A DNA stretch of 63,172 nucleotides, filler included, from Octopus bimaculoides (Eukaryota), in NCBI RefSeq assembly GCF_001194135.2. It is 9 parts of 8 records of this genome, joined end to end, with 100 filler letters (N's around TTAATTAATTAA, not from the genome) between each part and the next. Parts side by side here need not be neighbours in the genome. Positions count along the whole stretch, not along the records: positions 49,234 to 55,571 come from NC_069005.1; positions 55,672 to 57,889 come from NW_026334268.1; positions 57,990 to 61,475 come from NC_068995.1; positions 61,576 to 63,172 come from NC_069005.1; 5 more parts are not named here. One strand, given 5' to 3'. Numbering within the stretch: position 1 is the first letter of the stretch; each line of letters opens with the position of its first letter. Positions 54,465-63,172 of the stretch are shown piece by piece. The notes under the pieces are model-generated. The model saw nothing but the letters and a program-made list of their open reading frames with translations, was not told where the DNA came from and made no database searches. A program made the translations under genes and the position numbers.

Positions 54465-56294
54465 GTAAATATAACCTTATTTCTCCCTGATCCTTTGCAT
54501 TTCTTCAGGGAGGGTTTTTTTGTTTGTTTTTTGCTTTGTTTTATGGTGTCTTTTTTCTCTTCTCTTCTTGATGTATATTTAATTTGTTTCCAGGCGTGCT
54601 GGAGTGTGGGTTGGGGCTGGGTGGGCTAGGGACACTACCTTGAAGGTTTTACTCGAACAAATTGACCACTACATTTTTTTTTACAAGTTTTGTATTCATT
54701 CCATCGATTTCGTTTGTCGAGCCGCCAACTTATTGGAACGTAAACAAATCAACACCTATTGACAATTGGTAGTAAGGTGGGGGGGGGGACACACACACAG
54801 ACACACATACGCACAAGCACACATACATACAGATGTGTACGTGTGGCGTGACTGTGAGGAAAGAGGCTTGCTTCCCAGTCACATGGTTCTGGGTTCAGTC
54901 CCACTGCGTAGCACCTTGGGCAACTGTCTTCTACTATAGCCTCAGGCCGAATAAAACCTTCTGAATAGATTTGGTAGATAGAGATCGATAGAAAAAGGCG
55001 GCGAGCTGGCAGAGTTGTTAGCACGCCGGGCGAAATGCCTAGCGGTATTTCGTTCTGAGTTCAAATTCCGCCGAGGTCGACTTTGCCTTTCATCCTTTCG
55101 GGGTGGATAAATTAGGTACCAGTTACGCACTGGGATTGTCTGTCCTTGTTTGTCTCCTCTATGTTTAGCCCCTTGTGGACAATAAACAAATAAGAAACTG
55201 AAAGAAGCTCGTTTTATGTGTGTGCGCTTGCGCGTGTATGTGTGTGTGTGTGTGTATTTATGTGTGTGCGTCAGTGTTTGTTACCTACCCCCACCATCGC
55301 TTAATAACCGATGCTGGTGTGTTTATGTCCTCGTAATTTTGCGGTTTGGCAAAAGCGACCGACAGAATAAGTATTAGGCTTACAGAGAATAAGTCCTGGG
55401 GTCGATTTAAGGCGGTGCCCCAACATGGCTGCAATCAAATGCCTGAAACAAGTAGAATACAAGAATATATATATATATTCTATACCCCACATTAGTTCTG
55501 CAGGAATAGACAGGGTTGGAACTCTTTTAAACAAAATAATATATATATATATTCTATACCCCACATTAGTTNNNNNNNNNNNNNNNNNNNNNNNNNNNNN
55601 NNNNNNNNNNNNNNNTTAATTAATTAANNNNNNNNNNNNNNNNNNNNNNNNNNNNNNNNNNNNNNNNNNNNATACATATATACGAGGGGCTTCTTTCAGT
55701 TTCCGTCTACCAAATCCACTCTCAAGTCTTTGGTCGTCTCGAGGCAATAGTAGAAGACACTTGCCCAAGGAGCCACGCAGTAGAACTGAACCCGGGACCA
55801 TGTGGTTGGTAAGCAAGCTACTTACCACACAGCCACTCCTGCGCATGTATATATGTATTTATGTACGCTATTGGTTAATTTAATTCTTTTTAGGTTTCCC
55901 GAAGGTACTGAGCTGGTAGACCTCTTGGACTGTTAGCACCACAAACAAAACGGTTGGCAGTATTTCTTCTGGCTTTAAGTTCTGATTTCAAATTCTGCTG
56001 AGGTCGACTTTGTCTTTTATCCTTTCGGGGTCGATAAAATAAGTGCTAGTTAAGTACCAGTCAAATATTGGGGTCGATTTAATAGACTTTCCCCCCTGCC
56101 AACAAAAAAGCTATTGTCCTTTTACCAAACTTCGAAACCATTTTTGGATTCCTTACAATAGAGAATGAATAGGGTTCCAGCCTGGACCCAAAAGACTCCT
56201 TAAGTGGAATTTTAACGACAAAGTGGTTTCGTGTGTATTTGTGAAGATGTGTAAGTATATAGAGTCAATGTATGTGTAGATCTGTATCTTTTGC

Positions 56295-56330
<36 letters not shown>

Positions 56331-57851
56331 AATTAGAGAGATAGAGGGAAAGAGATAGAGGGAGAGAGAGAGGGAGGGGTACTTTCTGCACTTCAAGCAC
56401 TTCAGACACAAGCACCGCTCCGCTTATTGCTTACTATGGCAGGTCGTAGCCAGGACAGCGAAACGCTGAATGAAAATTTCCATGACGGAATAAAGGCTTC
56501 TGCTAAGCTCTCTGAGGAATTTAGCAAAAAACTAAGAGAATCTGGAGGGAGAAAGTTCATGTTGATTCTTCAAAGACAGGTAGCAATCCAGGAAGTTCTT
56601 ACAATAATGTCGTTGGAGAGATAGAGAAGAATTCGAGTCATCCTTTGTGCTGGTTCAATCAAAAGATAAGTAGGAACCCTGGGTGGGAATCGCTGATCGA
56701 AACCTCGAAACTGAGGGTTTCTGATTTGGTGTGAATTTGGCTGCTGTTTCTAACAGATTGAGAAACCACTCAGACGGCCCCACGCTGGCTCGACGATAGG
56801 ATGTTAGAGGAAACGGTGATAACTATGACGATTATAATGATGATGATGATGATGATGATGATGAGTGGTAGTTGAGATGGTGGTGGTGNNNNNNNNNNNN
56901 NNNNNNNNNNNNNNNNNNNNNNNNNNNNNNNNNNNNNNNNNNNNNNNNNNNNNNNNNNNNNNNNNNNNNNNNNNNNNNNNNNNNNNNNNNNNNNNNNNNN
57001 NNNNNNNNNNNNNNNNNNNNNNNNNNNNNNNNNNNNNNNNNNNNNNNNNNNNNNNNNNNNNNNNNNNNNNNNNNNNNNNNNNNNNNNNNNNNNNNNNNNN
57101 NNNNNNNNNNNNNNNNNNNNNNNNNNNNNNNNNNNNNNNNNNNNNNNNNNNNNNNNNNNNNNNNNNNNNNNNNNNNNNNNNNNNNNNNNNNNNNNNNNNN
57201 NNNNNNNNNNNNNNNNNNNNNNNNNNNNNNNNNNNNNNNNNNNNNNNNNNNNNNNNNNNNNNNNNNNNNNNNNNNNNNNNNNNNNNNNNNNNNNNNNNNN
57301 NNNNNNNNNNNNNNNNNNNNNNNNNNNNNNNNNNNNNNNNNNNNNNNNNNNNNNNNNNNNNNNNNNNNNNNNNNNNNNNNNNNNNNNNNNNNNNNNNNNN
57401 NNNNNNNNNNNNNNNNNNNNNNNNNNNNNNNNNNNNNNNNNNNNNNNNNNNNNNNNNNNNNNNNNNNNNNNNNNNNNNNNNNNNNNNNNNNNNNNNNNNN
57501 NNNNNNNNNNNNNNNNNNNNNNNNNNNNNNNNNNNNNNNNNNNNNNNNNNNNNNNNNNNNNNNNNTATATATATATATATATATATGTGTGTGGGAGAAT
57601 ATACAAATAATAACAACAGACGAGGACAGGTGGTGTAAATAACAAAAGTATATATTAGTATGACGCTCGGGAATACGGAAAGTCTTTCACAATTATGTAT
57701 AACGTAAGAGACAGAGAGAGAGAAAATATACATGTGCACACGCACACACCGACACATACGTAGATAGACCGACAGACAGACAGAGAGATAGATAGACAGA
57801 CAGACAAATAGACCACTAGATAGATAGGTAGATAGATAAATAGATAGACGA

Positions 57852-57889
<38 letters not shown>

Positions 57890-58189
57890 NNNNNNNNNNN
57901 NNNNNNNNNNNNNNNNNNNNNNNNNNNNNNNNNTTAATTAATTAANNNNNNNNNNNNNNNNNNNNNNNNNNNNNNNNNNNNNNNNNNNNCCGTCGTCTAA
58001 TGACGGGAGAATCCGATATATATACATATATGAATTCATAGGTTGATGTATAGAAATGCTATAGAAGCATATGTATGCGTATACGTATAATGACATATAA
58101 ATACTCACATATACACATATACTCACATGTACACACACATATAAATATGTTGCTTATATATGAATGTATGCATGTATATGTGCGTGCAT

Positions 58190-58270
<81 letters not shown>

Positions 58271-58913
58271 AAAAGAGAAAGTGAGTGAGAGTCAGAGAGA
58301 GGGGGAAAAGAGTAAGAGACAGTTGTAAATTGTCGAAGACATAAATTCAGAAACGATAAATGCTCAACTTAACATTTTAGTGATTCCACCAAGTAATAGG
58401 TTATATAGTCATCATTTGCATTCCTATATCTATAGTAACATAATATTGATTTTTTATTTATTGATAGACAAAAATTAAAGTTCCTTTGAATTGTCTATTG
58501 TTGAATCATTCATATGTCCTTGCTTTCTAGAATCCACACTCAATATCAAATCTTCGCTAGAACTATTGGCTTAGGTAGGAAAATCAATACCCATTAATAT
58601 GGATATTTCAAATGTAAAACATTAGTAAATGAAACATTAATTGGCTTGCAAATACAGCTTGGTATTCGCATCAAACGATGGAAAATGATGAATATTTTTT
58701 TATACACACACTCACATCTATCTATATACCAGCAGACATATCTAGACGCATACACGCTTAAACACACAATATATATATATATGTATGATCTATATATATG
58801 CGTATGTATGTGTGCTCCTATAACTGAAATTGATACATAGATACATATATACTTGCATGCATCGATGCATACATATATACATACCTAGCCACGTATGTAC
58901 ATACTTACATAAC

Positions 58914-58977
<64 letters not shown>

Positions 58978-59250
58978 TGTATGTATGTATGTATATGTTA
59001 TCGTTTGCAGCTTTGTAGCTATATTCCAATCTAAAGATAGTTATGTGCTTGAATTAATGTATGTTAGCACTGTAAAACATTTGTGACGTATGAAAGTGAG
59101 ATTTCGTTTTCGAAACGAGATATTATTGCAATATAAATATTGTTATTTTATCTAAAGTATCTGATGTTTACAAAAATGTAGTAGGAAAATATTATTATTA
59201 GTATTATTATTACTGTTGTTATTTTTCTTCGTCTTCTTCTTCTTCTTCTT

Positions 59251-59331
<81 letters not shown>

Positions 59332-61869
59332 TCGAAATGCTATATAAAACTATGTATATTTGAAAGCAATGAGCTAATATTTGTTCCATATAAAACATTT
59401 CCTACAAAAATGATAGTTTGCATATATAAACTTTTCCTAGCTCTGTTAGTAAGTACGTAACTTATATCATTTGGTTATAACTATCATTACGTATATCCAG
59501 CATTATCAAATAGAAAGACAAATGCCTAATTCAGTTTTGTAGTGAAACTTTAGACACGACGTTTTAAAATCTTTTGCAATATATGCATCCAGTATATACA
59601 ACTTTATCAGATATGTACACTTTTCGAGAATATAAAGAAAAATCTATTGGGTTTGCAACTAAGTTCCCACCGTTTTTCTTTTTTAATTTGAATTTTTTAA
59701 AAGGTTTAATAAAAAAGGATGAAATGCAAAGTCGACCTCGGTGGCATTTGAACTCAGAACGTATCAGCAGACGAAATACCGCTAAACATTTCTCCCAGCG
59801 TGCTAACAATTCTGCCAGGTCACCGCCTTTCACAGACCTTATATTATTGCATCACTAGTACTTTTCCTAGAAACCACTTTTTTAAGAAATTCAGTGTTCG
59901 TTTTAGTAATTAGACGGCTATTTCTATTCTATCATATCGATCGTCTCTTCTAACTGCTTATTATTTATTACGGCAAACATTTATTGAATTTGTGCTGAAG
60001 AAGCAGTAAAACAAGGAATGTATTCCCAATAACAATGTAAAGAAAACTATTCAATATCTGCATAAAGAAGGCATTTTAAAAATGAATGTTCAAGAGATGA
60101 TAACTTGTTTTCATTTTCTGATTCAAGTAGACCGCTTTCTCTGGTTAGCAATTTCTACAAATATATAAGCTAACGGTGCGATTTTTTCGGTTGTCGTGAG
60201 AAACCACAAGCAAACAAAAAGAGCTTCCTAATATTGATATCAAATTTTGGCACAAGACCAGCAATTTAGGGGAGGGAGGCAAACGATTACAACGACCCCA
60301 GTGTTCAACTGTAATTGTTTTTATCAACCCTGAAAGGATAAGATGCAAAGACGTCTTCGGCCGACTTTGAACTCAGAACTTAGAGACGAACGAAATGCCG
60401 CGAAGCATTTTTCCCACCAATCTAACGTTTGTGATATATACCTTTGTATTAAAGGAATTGATTTTGAAATTTACTTCATGCGCAGATTTGTATAACTCCG
60501 GTTTCAAATTCTGCCGTGAGAAACGTAAAAACTCTTTGAAGCATCACTTAATTTATCATCATTTATTAATTTACTAAGGGAAGCGAGCTGGCAGAATCAT
60601 TAGCAAGCCGGACAAAATGCTTAGCGGTATTTCGTCTGTCTTTACGGTTTCAGTTCAAATCCCACAGTGGTTAACATTATCTTTCATCCTTTCGAGGTCG
60701 ATAAAATAAGTACCAGTTGAACACTGGGCCGATGTAATCTACTTAACCTCCACTCAGAAATTACTGGCCTTGTACCCAAATGTATGTATATATACAGAGA
60801 ACGTGGATGCATATATATATGTATGAATACATATACTATACATACACGCACACTTGCGCGAGCACAGACATGCATACGCACACATACTCATCTATATATG
60901 CGATCTAATGTCGTTACGCGTCGCTACTATTCGGGTTGTATTTTGGAGAAAAATATTAAAACATGTTATGGATAATGATACCAGTGATATGTTATGCATG
61001 AAAATCCAAGACAACTAGCATATAGTTTTCGTCTTATTACACCGACAAAGGCTGGGTGTAAGGATGGGTGGTTAGTTGATAACTTGGAACATACATCAGA
61101 ACTGGAAAAGGAGAAGTCGGCTGAGGCAGCGTTTGAAATCAAAACGCAAAAGCCTAAAGAAATGACGGTCGGGGCGTAGTCCACCGATCCTGATCTGGAT
61201 CTAAACTGCAAAAATAATGTCTTTTAGTATTCAATTGGATAAGTTATATTACGTGTTCGTACAACACGACTCAATTTGATAACAACTCTAGGAAAATTCA
61301 TAACTTCGATCATATAGCGCAGTAGTATTTCACAACATGTTTTCAAAGTAAAGATATTTGTATGTATGTATGTACGTATGTATGTATGTATGTATGTATG
61401 TATGTATGTATGTATGTATGTATGTACGTACGTATGTATGTATTTATATATGTATTTGTCTATGCATGCATGTATNNNNNNNNNNNNNNNNNNNNNNNNN
61501 NNNNNNNNNNNNNNNNNNNTTAATTAATTAANNNNNNNNNNNNNNNNNNNNNNNNNNNNNNNNNNNNNNNNNNNNCTATCATTTTTACATTTTTCTTCCT
61601 GTATGTATGTTTTCTTATAGTCTAAATGTGTTTTACAAATAACCGCCCCCTACTCCCACATGCATACCTACTCATAACGCACCTTTCCCACCCACCCCTC
61701 AGTAATGTGATAGGGAACTTAAGCGTACACATATCTCTCTATAAATCTACACATGTATGTATACACACACGCACACACACACACACACACACACGCACAC
61801 ACACACACGTGTGTATGTGTGTATGTATGCATTTGTATATAATGTGCATATACATGCATGTGTATGATG

Positions 61870-61916
<47 letters not shown>

Positions 61917-61986
61917 ATGTATGTATGTATGNNNNNNNNNNGTATGTATTTATAATGTATATATATATATATATATATATACAATG

Positions 61987-62017
<31 letters not shown>

Positions 62018-62859
62018 TATACGTGTATATATGAATATGCTTGTTACTGTGTGTGTGTGTCTGCTTGTCTGTGTATATGTACGTATATATGTATGTATAT
62101 AATGTATGTATGTATATATGTATGTATATATGTGTATTATAATCATACGTATATACATGAATATGCTTGTTACTCTGTGTGTGTGTGTATGTGTATTCGT
62201 CTGTGTATATGTACGTATATGTCTCTGTGTGTTTGTGCGCGTGTATATAAAAACTGTTGTGGTGGTGTGTTTATTCTCAGGGAGTTTCTCAAAACACACA
62301 GCGGAATGTCAGTAATTCCTTGAGAGGTTTTCAGCACAGAGACCAGATCCGTCTTTCCTTGCCCACCACACCTTCCCATGCCTCTTCTCCTCCCCCTCCT
62401 CCGCACCACCACCACCACCACCACCACCAACGCCGCCAACACCCGTAGTGCTTGCTCTACCCACCACCCACATATCACCTCGACTCCACCCCAAATACAG
62501 CATCCACATCATGTTAATGGGCTTCGGTACACATTTTTACCATTACTCTTACGGAAGGAAGAAATAAAATAATATCTCTGAAGTGGCAGATTTCAAAGAA
62601 TGTTCACAATCTATATACAACATCGACCTTGAAGAATTCTAGGTTGGAAGTTAGGGATTGTGGTTCAGTCGGCTATGTTTTGGGAATTTGTAACAGAAAT
62701 GATTCGACATCAGAGAACCGGTATCGAAACTGGTTTAAACAATTATTTTACTCTTCGAACCGAATGTCTATCTATTATCCAAATATCAGACAAAACAGTT
62801 CATTTAACACCCCCCCCACACACACACACGGGGTGGGTGGGTTACTGGAAAGTTCCTGG

Positions 62860-63048
62860 CTTTAAGGGATTCGGAAAGGCCTGCTCCGAGGCCCAATTTT
62901 AAGAGTATTTTTTAAACTGGGGTTAGAAAAACTGAAGGACTACACCAATAAGTGTGTGAATCTGAGAGGGGCATATGTTGAATAAAATCATAATTAACTG
63001 TTCCTTCTGTATTTTCTTTTACCCAGGAACTTTTCAGCACCTTTCGTA
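62860..63048 (+). mobile_element. Mariner transposon remnant (transposase C-terminus and right end)
   Basis: FKLGLEKLKDYTNKCVNLRGAYVE* matches mariner C-termini (G..KL..R..KC.E..G.YVE). It is followed by a TIR-like acttttcagcacctttcgTA. Confidence 0.65.
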
Positions 63049-63172
63049 CACTTGTTGTGTATTCGCAAAATCACCGAACCTGGAGCTTAACTATGGTCTA
63101 TCCATAGCACTTTCTCAGCATTACCTGACACCTTTGGGTCTTATTGACACCATTACACCTCATAACCTCTCT

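Noticed and set aside
56427-56624. 65-aa ORF (MAGRSQDSETLNENF...)
   Set aside because: No domain similarity or splice context. It may be a retroelement remnant.
60966-61211. Overlapping ORFs on both strands, with a minus-strand acceptor near 61205
   Set aside because: No recognisable product or matching donor.

Overview
Eukaryotic (animal) genomic DNA. It is AT-rich and saturated with microsatellites, tRNA-derived SINEs and LINE fragments. The repeat repertoire and gene content suggest an octopod cephalopod (inference). It is a draft assembly with many N gaps and eight artificial 100-bp joins carrying TTAATTAATTAA, so adjacency across those joins is unproven. Nearly all ORFs in the supplied track are microsatellite or gap artefacts. 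Supportable genes: (1) the last two coding exons of a Vsx (Chx10/Vsx2-type) paired-like homeobox gene on the minus strand, covering homeodomain helix 3, the CVC domain and the OAR motif, with a possible poly-Q tail; the upstream homeobox exons were not found in the called sequence; (2) two exons of a minus-strand chitin-binding (CBM14/peritrophin-A) gene; (3) tentatively, an orphan signal-peptide exon on the plus strand. Mobile DNA includes RTE, R4/Dong-like, CR1-group and Penelope-like fragments, mariner and piggyBac-type remnants, two SINE families and three long fold-back elements. No rRNA, genuine tRNA gene or CRISPR array was seen. I found no demonstrably new system. The best leads are a genomic Ser at a normally Gly position of the Vsx CVC domain that one A-to-I edit would restore, a poly-Q extension after the OAR motif, and retroelements piling into (TAA)n tracts.
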